Origin: a virus
Length of the DNA stretch: 64,000 nt
Reading direction: 5' to 3' (one strand)
Virus record (IMG/VR): IMGVR_UViG_3300024344_002032
Coordinates: 23,859-87,858 of that record
Made by a program: the position numbers and the translations under genes. Each line of letters begins with the position of its first letter. Position 1 is the stretch's first letter. The notes under the pieces were generated by a model. The model saw only the letters and a program-made list of their open reading frames with translations, was not told the DNA's origin and made no database searches. Positions 1 to 8,838 of this stretch are shown here, in pieces.

Positions 1-1196
1 CGTTGTTTCATATCTGTGCCTTCAGAAATTATTTCTTCTTGCTTTTCAGACTTTGTAGAAGCAACAGCTTTAGATGCTGAGCCTTTATGTTCTTTAATAG
101 GTTTAATATTTTCGTTACTAAAATTCTCAGCTACAGTTGCATATACCAACTTGATTTCTCTAAGAGTTTTAGCTCGATCGAATGTTTCAACTACTTTCAT
201 CTTCTGCTCGTTATTCATTCCAAACGCTCTAAAGAGTTTGTTTGTGAATAAGAGTTTAGCATTAAGTAAATTGACTTCATTTAGTTTTTCACGTAGATAT
301 TTCACTACCTTGCGATGCTCTTTAAGGTCTCCCTTAAGCGTTTCAACTTCTTCAGTAGTAGCTGCTGCTTCATCTTCTGTAAGTGCTTTAATCACTTCTT
401 CTAAATCAACATCTTCTTCTACTTCCTCGGCTTCGTCAACTTCTTCAGCTTCGTCAACTTCTTCTGCTTCATCTACTGATTCGTCAGCTTCATCAACTTC
501 TTCTGCTTCTTTAAGTTTTCCTTTGCCAGGATCTTCCTCATCAGAACCCGAAGCTTGCTTCACGCCAGTACCTTTACCGATACCAGATGATGTTGATTGT
601 TCATCAACTTCTTCAGCTTCGTCAACTTCTTCTGCTTCATCTACTTCTTCAGCTTCATCTACAGAATCGTCTTCAAGTTCTTTTAGGATTTCGTCTAGAT
701 CTAAGTCTTCATCCATCTCATCATCATCTTCATCTTTCATCTCATCAACTTCTTCAGCTTCATCAACTTCTTCAGTTTCAGAAATAGGTGCATATTTAAC
801 ACCATTGATTTCGATAACGCCTTCATCTTCCATCTCTTCTTCGTCGCCCATGTCATCTTCGTCGCCCATATCGTCTTCAGGTGCTTCTTCGCCCATGTCT
901 TCTTCATCACCCATATCGTCTTCAGGTGCTTCATCATCCATCTCATCACCATCGCGAGACATATACTTGCTAGCCATTTCATCAGCTTCAGGAGCTTCTT
1001 CATCTTCATCTTCATCTTCAAGTTCATCGATATCTAATTCATCGACTGCATCTTCCATTTCAGATTGAATCTTTTTAGAAAGCATAGATTTTAAACGAGG
1101 AGTAAACGCTTCTTCAAGAGCCAGTTTTGCGTTAGCAAGTGCAGTTTCACGAACCGCTTTTGCGTCAGCAATTGCATCTTTTAAAAGTTCATCCAT
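1..1196 (-). CDS. Prohead core scaffold protein (T4 gp22-like), 3' end beyond the window; missing from the ORF track
   Basis: Hand translation: ATG at 1196 after a GGAG SD, MDELLKDAIADAKAVRETALANAKLALEEAFTPRLKSML..., a long acidic VDEAEE-repeat region, then ...LNEVNLLNAKLLFTNKLF.... The frame stays open to position 1. Lies downstream of portal and protease. Confidence 0.8.
   Translation of the reverse strand, partial: MDELLKDAIADAKAVRETALANAKLALEEAFTPRLKSMLSKKIQSEMEDAVDELDIDELEDEDEDEEAPEADEMASKYMSRDGDEMDDEAPEDDMGDEEDMGEEAPEDDMGDEDDMGDEEEMEDEGVIEINGVKYAPISETEEVDEAEEVDEMKDEDDDEMDEDLDLDEILKELEDDSVDEAEEVDEAEEVDEAEEVDEQSTSSGIGKGTGVKQASGSDEEDPGKGKLKEAEEVDEADESVDEAEEVDEAEEVDEAEEVEEDVDLEEVIKALTEDEAAATTEEVETLKGDLKEHRKVVKYLREKLNEVNLLNAKLLFTNKLFRAFGMNNEQKMKVVETFDRAKTLREIKLVYATVAENFSNENIKPIKEHKGSASKAVASTKSEKQEEIISEGTDMKQ
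420..790 (-). repeat. Imperfect 18-bp tandem repeats encoding VDEAEE in the scaffold
   Basis: tcaacttcttc(a/t)gcttc(g/a) recurs in clusters at about 425-510, 600-660 and 745-775. Confidence 0.85.
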
Positions 1197-1221
1197 TTTA
1201 ATTCTCCATAATTGGATTCAG

Positions 1222-1299
1222 TATAGTTATTGGGAACTATAATAAGTTGTATTAACTTCAGGTACACTTTATGATGTATTAGAATAATACGAAAGTGTA
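1222..1299 (-). promoter_or_regulatory. Structured 5' leader of the scaffold gene (two hairpins)
   Basis: Perfect inverted repeats at 1222-1228/1235-1241 and 1263-1270/1292-1299, the latter with an inner stem at 1276-1281/1285-1290. Confidence 0.5.
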
Positions 1300-1309
1300 T
1301 TTCGTTTTA

Positions 1310-1317
1310 TATAAATA
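1310..1317 (-). promoter_or_regulatory. Putative phage late promoter, TATTTATA on the coding strand
   Basis: The same octamer sits in intergenic gaps at 2182, 8816, 12919, 40664, 58673 and 59936. Confidence 0.65.
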
Positions 1318-1333
1318 TATAAAACTCTAAAAA

Positions 1334-1525
1334 TCAATCAAATTTTGATTGTCTTTTAGCTCTAGCTTTTGCTTTAGCTTTTTTCTCTTTTCTAATTTCT
1401 GATGGTTTAGTGTAAAATTCTCTTTCTCTTAATTCATAAAGAATCTTACTATCTTTAACCTTTTTTTTGAAAATTGATATTGCTTTTTCTATCGATTGTC
1501 CTTTTCGGACTTTTACTTCTATCAA
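1334..1525 (-). CDS. rpsU: Phage-encoded 30S ribosomal protein bS21
   Basis: 63 aa, V-x-V...SIEKAISIFKKKV...ELREREFYTKPS followed by a basic tail; TTG start with GAGG SD. Confidence 0.9.
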   Translation of the reverse strand: MIEVKVRKGQSIEKAISIFKKKVKDSKILYELREREFYTKPSEIRKEKKAKAKARAKRQSKFD

Positions 1526-1533
1526 ATAAACCT

Positions 1534-2163
1534 CTACTTTTTAACTGCTTTAGTAACTGCTTGTCTTCTTTTATGTAGATATCTGTCTGAATCGTCTGTA
1601 TCACCATCATTATCTATATCTTTATCATCTCTATCTTCAAAATCATCTTCAGGTTCTACTTTGCTTGGGTCGACTTTATCCATAGCTTCATCTAAATCAT
1701 AATATCTACCAAGAATGTGTCCCATATCTTCATATAGAGATTCCATTCTTTGTTGTAGTGCGTTTGCTTCTTTTGCTATCTTTGTAAACTCACCAGAAGT
1801 ATTTCCTAATGATTTCATATTCTTATTAATTGTAACTTTGTCAAACCAATCATCGGTTTCTTGTAAAGTTGCTATACGAGCTTTTTCAGCTAACTCAGAA
1901 AGACCTTTAGCGACATCACGAAGTGATCCTTCTCTATAAATCATTTCACCCATACGGCTGAAGTTCTTTACTTCTTCTACGAATGCTCCTGCATCCACAC
2001 GTTTTTTATCTTCACCAAACCATTCACCCTCTACTAAGTCTTTCATACCGGGTACTGATACAGTATTAGATGGTCTCAATGTAACTAAACCACCAACTGT
2101 AGAAAACGGTTGTGTTCCAAAGTTTTCTTTGATTAAATCTTTCATTTTTATGTCTTTAGCCAT
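1534..2163 (-). CDS. Hypothetical head-module protein with IKMKDLIKE N-terminus
   Basis: 209-aa ORF, AGGAG SD, own TATTTATA motif upstream, and a C-terminal D-rich DIDNDGDTDDSD segment resembling a Ca-binding loop. Confidence 0.6.
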   Translation of the reverse strand: MAKDIKMKDLIKENFGTQPFSTVGGLVTLRPSNTVSVPGMKDLVEGEWFGEDKKRVDAGAFVEEVKNFSRMGEMIYREGSLRDVAKGLSELAEKARIATLQETDDWFDKVTINKNMKSLGNTSGEFTKIAKEANALQQRMESLYEDMGHILGRYYDLDEAMDKVDPSKVEPEDDFEDRDDKDIDNDGDTDDSDRYLHKRRQAVTKAVKK

Positions 2164-2181
2164 AATTAACTCCTATATAGA

Positions 2182-2189
2182 TATAAATA
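2182..2189 (-). promoter_or_regulatory. Putative late promoter TATTTATA
   Basis: Recurrent intergenic octamer. Confidence 0.6.
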
Positions 2190-2194
2190 TAAAC

Positions 2195-3154
2195 TTATCT
2201 AAGTTTTCCTCTTTTTGAATATCTTCTGAACCCACTTCTTACTTTATTCCAAAGTACTCTCATAAAATCTCTTTCGCCTGTATGAGTATCTCTAATTGGA
2301 CCACTCATAATAGCTCTTTGTAAATCGAATGCATCATATTTTTTTGCTTTTACTCCATCCATCATTTTCTTAATTGACATTTGTGATGCTTTTCCTAAAA
2401 TCTTTGACATACCTATAATGTCTTTTTCAGCCATCTTCTGTGCTTCTGGTGAACTATAAGGTAATTGTGATGGTGAGGTAATTGGTGCTTCACTTACGGA
2501 TTCTTTTACTGGTGCTTGTCCTAACTTTTTTCTAATAACATTAATTTGTTTTTTAATTTTTTTCTGTGCTGGACTACCAGGTAATTGTTTCATAGCTTTA
2601 GCTAATAAGATAATCTGTTGCATTTCTAATGAACTCATTTTTCTAGCCATCATAATGCCTGATGTTGGATTTGATACTTCTTTTAATTGATGAGCCATCT
2701 TCAATTTTTGTTTTTTAGTATCTGAAGTACCTGTAACTTTATATCCTAATTGTTCTGCATTTTCTATTCTTGCTTTTTCGAACTTATCTCTATCTTTACC
2801 TTTAAGTTCTCCACCGAAACCCTCATCAGTTACCTTTTCAGGATCGTATTCGAAATCGGGATCTTCGGGCATTCTATAACCCTTTACAGTAACAGCTTTA
2901 GGTCTAACTGCCATAACAGTTTCTCTAACCCTTTTAGCACCATATTTAGCTATTAATCTTTTTAATTCTTCTTTTTTCACCTTATTTGGTAATCCCTTAT
3001 GTTTAGTTGAAGCATACTTTTTAGTATCTTTTTTCTTCATTCCCTTAGCGGCATCTTTTACATCCTTAGATACCTCTGAACCTTTAAGTTCACCCTTTTT
3101 ATAAGCATGAACCATTCCCATAAATCTTTGTTGTGCTTTAGACTTAGATGGCAT
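2195..3154 (-). CDS. Basic protein with N-terminal DUF3008-like domain
   Basis: N-terminus MPSKSKAQQ...ASTKHKGLP resembles the DUF3008 family pattern. Confidence 0.55.
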   Translation of the reverse strand: MPSKSKAQQRFMGMVHAYKKGELKGSEVSKDVKDAAKGMKKKDTKKYASTKHKGLPNKVKKEELKRLIAKYGAKRVRETVMAVRPKAVTVKGYRMPEDPDFEYDPEKVTDEGFGGELKGKDRDKFEKARIENAEQLGYKVTGTSDTKKQKLKMAHQLKEVSNPTSGIMMARKMSSLEMQQIILLAKAMKQLPGSPAQKKIKKQINVIRKKLGQAPVKESVSEAPITSPSQLPYSSPEAQKMAEKDIIGMSKILGKASQMSIKKMMDGVKAKKYDAFDLQRAIMSGPIRDTHTGERDFMRVLWNKVRSGFRRYSKRGKLR

Positions 3155-3513
3155 TACATCATCCTTTTTAATACCCTCAATATAGCTTTATGTGTATCAC
3201 CATATTGTGAATTATAATTATCTCTGTCAACTTCTACATCTATTTTAGATGCCAACATAGCTAATTGTCTAATTGCTTGTTTTCTATCACCAATCAAATA
3301 TCTTGTCATAGCATCAGCTAATTTTCTATCCATTTGTTCTGTAACAACTGGTTTATTTTCTTGATGTTTTTTCATCACACTTGATAGTGTAGGTAATGGT
3401 TCTCCAAACTCTCTATCAAGATTTTTATTTTCTGTTATAGATTCCTTTGTGGAACAACAATCTCCACCACATTCACAATCGTTTTCTTTTATTAAATCTT
3501 TTAATTTTATCAT
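3154..3513 (-). CDS. Putative internal head protein (MIKLKDLIKE N-terminus)
   Basis: Shared N-terminal motif; short Cys cluster CECGGDCC. Confidence 0.55.
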   Translation of the reverse strand: MIKLKDLIKENDCECGGDCCSTKESITENKNLDREFGEPLPTLSSVMKKHQENKPVVTEQMDRKLADAMTRYLIGDRKQAIRQLAMLASKIDVEVDRDNYNSQYGDTHKAILRVLKRMM

Positions 3514-3514
3514 T

Positions 3515-3850
3515 TTATCTCACCTTAATACTTAAAATTTTATCAGAAATCATATTTGGCATCATTCCCATTCTAGCTCTAAACCTAATATTAAGTTTCT
3601 TTTTATCTATTACAAACTCATAATTATTAAATACTTTTGGTTTTGGCTTCAGATTAGCTACAGTTATAAAATAAAAATTATCATTCTCATGTGTTTTCTT
3701 AACTCTAAACTTTGCTTTTTCTTTTCTCGGTGGTTTAACACGTGTGAGAATATATTCAGCCTCTATAAATTTAGGATTACGAAACTGCATAACTTTTCGT
3801 ACTATAGTTGGACTTACTCGTTCCATTATGATGTCTTTTAACTTAATCAT
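3515..3850 (-). CDS. Putative internal head protein (MIKLKDIIME N-terminus)
   Basis: Start revised to ATG 3850, which overlaps the upstream stop (ATGA) and exposes the shared motif. Confidence 0.55.
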   Translation of the reverse strand: MIKLKDIIMERVSPTIVRKVMQFRNPKFIEAEYILTRVKPPRKEKAKFRVKKTHENDNFYFITVANLKPKPKVFNNYEFVIDKKKLNIRFRARMGMMPNMISDKILSIKVR

Positions 3851-4317
3851 TTTAGTTCTTTCCAATCTTTTGGATTACTATATCGTGATACATAATACCA
3901 CTTATTATCTTTAACCGACCAAATGTACATATATTCTGTACCACCACTCCAACGATGTCTACCCTTGAGTAAATCTTCACGATCTTTTGATTTATTTATA
4001 GCACTAGATTTTTGACCTCTATCTCGACCATGAAATACAGTTTCACCTTTTTTAGCATCACCGAACTTATGACCTGGTCCACCTTTCATACTTTTATCAA
4101 TAGAAGAAATACCAGCTCTACCAAGTTTCAGCAATTGTTTAACTTTACCTGTATTAGAATAATATCTTTTTAACATCTTACCTGCATATTCTGGATAACC
4201 ATCCCAATGTCCGTAAGTTGTAGTTACTTTACCATTTGGCTCTTCAATTCCTACATTCCATCGAGTTGCTTCTGTAATTAAAGTGCTTTCTCTGATTATA
4301 TCTTTTAACTTAATCAT
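3847..4317 (-). CDS. Putative internal head protein with YGHWDGYP motif
   Basis: MIKLKDIIRE N-terminus; the Y-x-H-W-D-G-Y-P motif is common in phage hypothetical proteins. Confidence 0.55.
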   Translation of the reverse strand: MIKLKDIIRESTLITEATRWNVGIEEPNGKVTTTYGHWDGYPEYAGKMLKRYYSNTGKVKQLLKLGRAGISSIDKSMKGGPGHKFGDAKKGETVFHGRDRGQKSSAINKSKDREDLLKGRHRWSGGTEYMYIWSVKDNKWYYVSRYSNPKDWKELK

Positions 4318-5816
4318 TTTAATCCCTTAACATTTTTTGCAATATGCATTGTGAATTGACTCACACCACCTGGTCCAGCACCATGAATTGCACTACCTCT
4401 CATAGCTAATGTCATAGCTCTAATACCTTGTTGTTTAGTATAACTTTTTTGTTTCATAAGTTTCATAAATTCTTTACCATCTTTGGTGTCTGTATTAATG
4501 TAACTCATAGCTTGTTTTAAATTATTAACAAATGCTTCATTTACGGATTCATCTACTGGCATTTTTATGATTTGGTTCATAGATTTTTCCATATCTTTTA
4601 CAAGAGATGCAAGTCCAGTTCGTTTATTAGTTACAAATCCATCTACCACTCCCCAATCATTTGATTTCATAAAAGTATCAATTTTTCTTATAACACCCTT
4701 TACAAACTTTAAAGATGTCTTAAAATCTTTTTTAAGTTTTTCTCTCTTTGGATTTTTTCTTTCATTTACGAATTCTTCTTTGAATATTTTTCTACCACGT
4801 TTTTTCTGAACGACATTTAGTTTCCTAATGATATCTTTTTTCATTTTTTTCTCAGCAGGTGTTTTAAACTGATTCAAAACGTGTTGCATATAATTATCAA
4901 ATTGTTTTGGGTCTTTTAAATTTATTTCTTTTACGGATTCCACTGGTTCATACCCCCGTTTTTGTTTATCTTTACGTTTCTGTAATCCACCATCTACTTC
5001 ATAATCATCATCGTCAAAATCATAGGTTGCGTGTTCAGCACCTTGACCTTTTATATGAGGACCATTGTGAACTACGTGGTGTTTAAAAAATTCTTTTGCT
5101 TTTTTAGAGTCTTTAGGTGGTTTAACACCTTTTATCTTTTTAACTTGTTTTACTTTAGTTGGTAAAGAACCCTCTTTTAAAGGATTATACTTACCTAACA
5201 TCTTATCAATATACAATTTATCTAAATCGTGTAAAACACTTTCACCACCTTTTTGAACTTGTCTATATCCACTTTTACTTCCTAATGCTTTTGAACCTGG
5301 CTCTGGTGTATGTGCTATATCATTACCATGTTGCATATTTCCCTCAGGTGGTGTAGTGGGTTTTACTAAAATATCTTGTTCTTTATCACCTCCTGTAAAT
5401 ACAAAATCTGCAGACTCTCTTGGAATAGTATATTGAGGTGATTTGCCAAAAGCTCTTCTACCATAAACTCTTTGGTTTGGAGTAAGTGGTGGTTCATCTG
5501 ATCTAAGGTCTTTCCATGGATCTAAAACTGCATTAGTTGCAACTAACGCAGGAGTAATTTTTGTTCTTTTAAATGTTCCACCACCTAAATCTGGTTCAGG
5601 TATTTGACTACCATCTCCACCATAAATTACATCTGAAGCTGGTGCTACAATTTGTGTCATCCCTCGTGGCATTCCAGCTGGTCCTATATGTCGTCTTTCA
5701 CCATATCTTGTAAAAATACCATCTGGCCACGCATCTCCTGTATTTAATCCACCACCAACTGTAGTTAAAGATACTTCCATTAATTGTTTTTCAAATTTAT
5801 TGATAAACTTTTTCAC
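4314..5816 (-). CDS. Hypothetical 500-aa head-module protein with several E-S/F-V-x-E motifs
   Basis: Long coupled ORF containing VESVKE, EEFVNE and DESVNE. Confidence 0.55.
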   Translation of the reverse strand: MKKFINKFEKQLMEVSLTTVGGGLNTGDAWPDGIFTRYGERRHIGPAGMPRGMTQIVAPASDVIYGGDGSQIPEPDLGGGTFKRTKITPALVATNAVLDPWKDLRSDEPPLTPNQRVYGRRAFGKSPQYTIPRESADFVFTGGDKEQDILVKPTTPPEGNMQHGNDIAHTPEPGSKALGSKSGYRQVQKGGESVLHDLDKLYIDKMLGKYNPLKEGSLPTKVKQVKKIKGVKPPKDSKKAKEFFKHHVVHNGPHIKGQGAEHATYDFDDDDYEVDGGLQKRKDKQKRGYEPVESVKEINLKDPKQFDNYMQHVLNQFKTPAEKKMKKDIIRKLNVVQKKRGRKIFKEEFVNERKNPKREKLKKDFKTSLKFVKGVIRKIDTFMKSNDWGVVDGFVTNKRTGLASLVKDMEKSMNQIIKMPVDESVNEAFVNNLKQAMSYINTDTKDGKEFMKLMKQKSYTKQQGIRAMTLAMRGSAIHGAGPGGVSQFTMHIAKNVKGLK

Positions 5817-6187
5817 TATCGTATCCCCATAGCTCTTCTTTTACGTAATGATTTCCTTCTCTTTCTAATCATCATAGCTTTTTTGCCACGTTTTTTCATC
5901 CAAGCTCTTTTCATAGCTCGTCTTTTCTTAACTCTTGAAGCACCAGAAACTCTTACACAAGTTTTCTTGGCTGCATTATATCTTTTATTTCTTGGGCAAA
6001 TAACTCTGAGTTTGAGTTTTTTATTACGGATGACTCTTTTACGTCTAAGTTCAGTTAGATTATTGATGATTTCGTCAATGAAGACTTCAACCATAGTATT
6101 AAATTGTTCTTCATCGTTTAGAATATCTTCAGTTACTTCATCGAAAAATCCGTTTTCAATTGACTGTTCAACAATTTTGCTAAACAT
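5816..6187 (-). CDS. Prohead core protein, T4 gp68-like
   Basis: Acidic N-half and very basic C-half ending RKRRKSLRKRRAMG, like gp68; close to the prohead protease. Confidence 0.6.
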   Translation of the reverse strand: MFSKIVEQSIENGFFDEVTEDILNDEEQFNTMVEVFIDEIINNLTELRRKRVIRNKKLKLRVICPRNKRYNAAKKTCVRVSGASRVKKRRAMKRAWMKKRGKKAMMIRKRRKSLRKRRAMGIR

Positions 6188-6188
6188 T

Positions 6189-6428
6189 TTAAGCTTTCTT
6201 TAGAATTAGCTTTAATTCTATAATATATTTTTTATACGCTTTCATTAATGTCATGGCTTTTTTTCTATCACCAGCTTTATCAGCTTCTTTAATCATCATC
6301 TTAAAGTTCTTATCTAAACTGTCAATATCTTTTTGAGCAGATTTTTTAGCACCCTTATACATATTAGGTGCTTCATCTAATCTCCAATCTTTCCATTCAG
6401 CCCACATTTTTTGCGTATACTTTGGCAT
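6189..6428 (-). CDS. Hypothetical protein
   Basis: 79-aa ORF coupled to the protease stop (TAATG). Confidence 0.55.
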   Translation of the reverse strand: MPKYTQKMWAEWKDWRLDEAPNMYKGAKKSAQKDIDSLDKNFKMMIKEADKAGDRKKAMTLMKAYKKYIIELKLILKKA

Positions 6429-7069
6429 TACATTCCCCTAATGATATCATTTGCTATTGATTCTACTTTACACCACTGACCACACTCATTAGGATTTCTA
6501 TCATCTACTCTAACAACACTTTCATTAATTACACCCTCATTTGTTGGATGTAAGAAAGCACCTTGTGTTGATGGATTGGATACGAAATCGAATGCAATAA
6601 GTTCAAAATCAGGTTGTACTGCAACTGTTTGTTTTCCTTTTTCATCTTCATCTATAGTTTCTACTGAACCCATACCTCTTGAAGAGATACCTAACTTAAT
6701 ACCTGATCTAAATAATTCTTTTAAAATATTTCCTGCTGGTGTTGGTAAAACTTCTACTGTACCAACTAAATCGTCATTTTGCCACTTCATATCTCTAATA
6801 TTATGAGATACATTAGCCAAATTAACTACTGAACTCTCTGGATGGTCAAGTTCACCCATAGCGCGACGTTCTCTTATAAAAGTATCATTATACTTTTTTG
6901 CTTCCCTTACTAAAATCTCTTTAGGATAAATTCTACCATTCTGATTTTCAGCATTTGCTCTTTGTAAGATGCCGCTAACAATCAACTTTCCATCATTTTC
7001 TTTCATGGATTCATTAATTTGTGATGGTTGTATTTCAAATGGTAAATAATCTACTATGAGTTGTCTCAT
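6428..7069 (-). CDS. Prohead core protease (T4 gp21-like, peptidase U9)
   Basis: Motifs NQNGRIYP, GELDHP, GISSRGMG and FDFVSNPST. Confidence 0.93.
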   Translation of the reverse strand: MRQLIVDYLPFEIQPSQINESMKENDGKLIVSGILQRANAENQNGRIYPKEILVREAKKYNDTFIRERRAMGELDHPESSVVNLANVSHNIRDMKWQNDDLVGTVEVLPTPAGNILKELFRSGIKLGISSRGMGSVETIDEDEKGKQTVAVQPDFELIAFDFVSNPSTQGAFLHPTNEGVINESVVRVDDRNPNECGQWCKVESIANDIIRGM

Positions 7070-7079
7070 GATCGTGTCC

Positions 7080-7295
7080 TTAACTTCTTACTTTAATTAT
7101 TTCAGTTCTAATTTCTTCCAACTCTTCAATAAGTTTATCTACTTTTCCAAGAGCTTCCATTTTATTAAAACTATCTCTATCCCCATTCTTTAGGGATTCT
7201 TCACAAAATTTTTTAGTTAACGTTATAATATCTAACAACTTATAAATAAGTTGAAATTTAAAGTGCTCCCACTTTGGTTTTTGTTTCAGTTTCAC
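7080..7295 (-). CDS. Hypothetical protein
   Basis: 71-aa ORF with GTG start filling the gap. Confidence 0.5.
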   Translation of the reverse strand: MKLKQKPKWEHFKFQLIYKLLDIITLTKKFCEESLKNGDRDSFNKMEALGKVDKLIEELEEIRTEIIKVRS

Positions 7296-7303
7296 AAGAA
7301 ACC

Positions 7304-7942
7304 TTAATGTAACTGACCAACTTTATTAGCTAACTTAACTAACCTTTCACTAATCTTTTTCATAGCCACATGCGTTCTTTTCCAATAGGATGTAGAATCT
7401 ACTCCTATTTCATTCTTTAAACGAATGTTCATACCGACTATACTCTCAAGAGTTTTTAATGTATCACGAACTTCCATCATAGAACGACCAATCTTTTGTT
7501 TTGGTGTCATTGATTCGTCATTTCTGTAATCGTGGTATCTACCCTCATTTACACTTTCAAGTCTCTTATCAACTTGTTTTGCTTTACCAGCTTCAACTCT
7601 CTTAATACTTATAATTCCTTTTCTACCTTTTTTAAGATTCTTAGAAACCATCATTTCTGCTGCACCTTTAGAACCTGCATCAACTATAATAGTAGCTGTA
7701 TCACCTTTATCACTAATATTGAACTTTACAGCAAATTTAGCTTCAGCAATACTGTAACCACTTTGACTTGCTATTTTATTTCTTTTCTTTTTATCTTTTT
7801 TACGTTTACCACTAAAAGCAAATGGTGTTTTTGGAGGACCTGCTCCACCATCAATAGCACCTGTTACAGATGCTTCATCTAAGTCCTGTTGGATAAGCTC
7901 GCGTATCGTATTTTTAAGTTCTTCAAATTTAGTTTGCGACAT
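7304..7942 (-). CDS. Hypothetical head-module protein
   Basis: Start revised to ATG 7942 (GGAG SD); contains TPFAF and LESVNE motifs. Confidence 0.55.
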   Translation of the reverse strand: MSQTKFEELKNTIRELIQQDLDEASVTGAIDGGAGPPKTPFAFSGKRKKDKKKRNKIASQSGYSIAEAKFAVKFNISDKGDTATIIVDAGSKGAAEMMVSKNLKKGRKGIISIKRVEAGKAKQVDKRLESVNEGRYHDYRNDESMTPKQKIGRSMMEVRDTLKTLESIVGMNIRLKNEIGVDSTSYWKRTHVAMKKISERLVKLANKVGQLH

Positions 7943-8786
7943 TATCAATCTCCCCAATAAGTTGGTAATACCTCATCATAGAAACAACCTGCTTATCAGA
8001 AACAACTTTACCTTTTTTCAAACCATCGATTTGATTCATAACCTCTGTTAACTTAATTTGTGTAACTTTGTCGTCTACTTTTTTAATTTTAGATTTCAAA
8101 GTATCTTTCACTTCTTCAACCTCACTATCGACATATTCTCTTAACTTATTTGTATTAGAAATATTATTAATATATTCTTTGATTAATGTTTTCTGTTTTT
8201 CAGTTAAGTTGGAATATTTTTTATTAAATTTTTCTACTAATGTAGCATATGCTAACATTCTCAAATCTTTTTCTTGTTTTTTGAGATAGTCATATGTTTT
8301 GTTGGTTTTAGAAGATTTAGAATCAGCAGTTATGCTTTCTACAATTGTATATTTTGTTGAAACATATTTATCTGGAGCTATAGATTGTTCACTATGTGTA
8401 AATAAATTATAAATTGATGCTAAAACTTTATAATTGTTAATTTTTGTATTAAAAAAATCTTTTTCACTATAACAATTTCTAATTTCTTTAATAAGATTGT
8501 ATTTTTCCCTTTTAATAGAAGAATTATTTAACTTCTTTCTACTACCCATAACAGCATCGATCAGTGCTTCAGCACGAGATTCGGTACTATACTTGGTTTC
8601 TGTAAGTATTTTATACAATTCATACTCTTTACCGAGTTGTGTACCGTTTTTAAAATACGTTTTTACTATATCTACAGCTTTGGAACTATCTGATTCCATT
8701 AAATCTACTGTGATTTGTCTTGTTAACAACTCAAAAAGAATACCAGTATTCTTAATTTTATTGTGTTTCATCTTCTTATTTAACAT
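7929..8786 (-). CDS. Hypothetical protein immediately downstream of portal
   Basis: 285-aa helical-looking ORF (KHNKIKNTGILFELL), GGAG SD, TATTTATA motif upstream. Confidence 0.6.
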   Translation of the reverse strand: MLNKKMKHNKIKNTGILFELLTRQITVDLMESDSSKAVDIVKTYFKNGTQLGKEYELYKILTETKYSTESRAEALIDAVMGSRKKLNNSSIKREKYNLIKEIRNCYSEKDFFNTKINNYKVLASIYNLFTHSEQSIAPDKYVSTKYTIVESITADSKSSKTNKTYDYLKKQEKDLRMLAYATLVEKFNKKYSNLTEKQKTLIKEYINNISNTNKLREYVDSEVEEVKDTLKSKIKKVDDKVTQIKLTEVMNQIDGLKKGKVVSDKQVVSMMRYYQLIGEIDNVAN

Positions 8787-8815
8787 TAAAATGCTCCAGC
8801 GTTAAGTATGTCATA

Positions 8816-8823
8816 TATAAATA
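8816..8823 (-). promoter_or_regulatory. Putative late promoter TATTTATA
   Basis: Context ATATTTATATATGAC, identical to the site at 58668-58681. Confidence 0.65.
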
Positions 8824-8838
8824 TAAAAATATAAAAAA

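Noticed and set aside
16-1068. 350-aa Ser-rich plus-strand ORF, and the short ORFs 587-787 and 737-1027
   Set aside because: Antisense or off-frame shadows of the Glu/Asp-rich scaffold gene (GAA/GAT codons read as Ser on the opposite strand).
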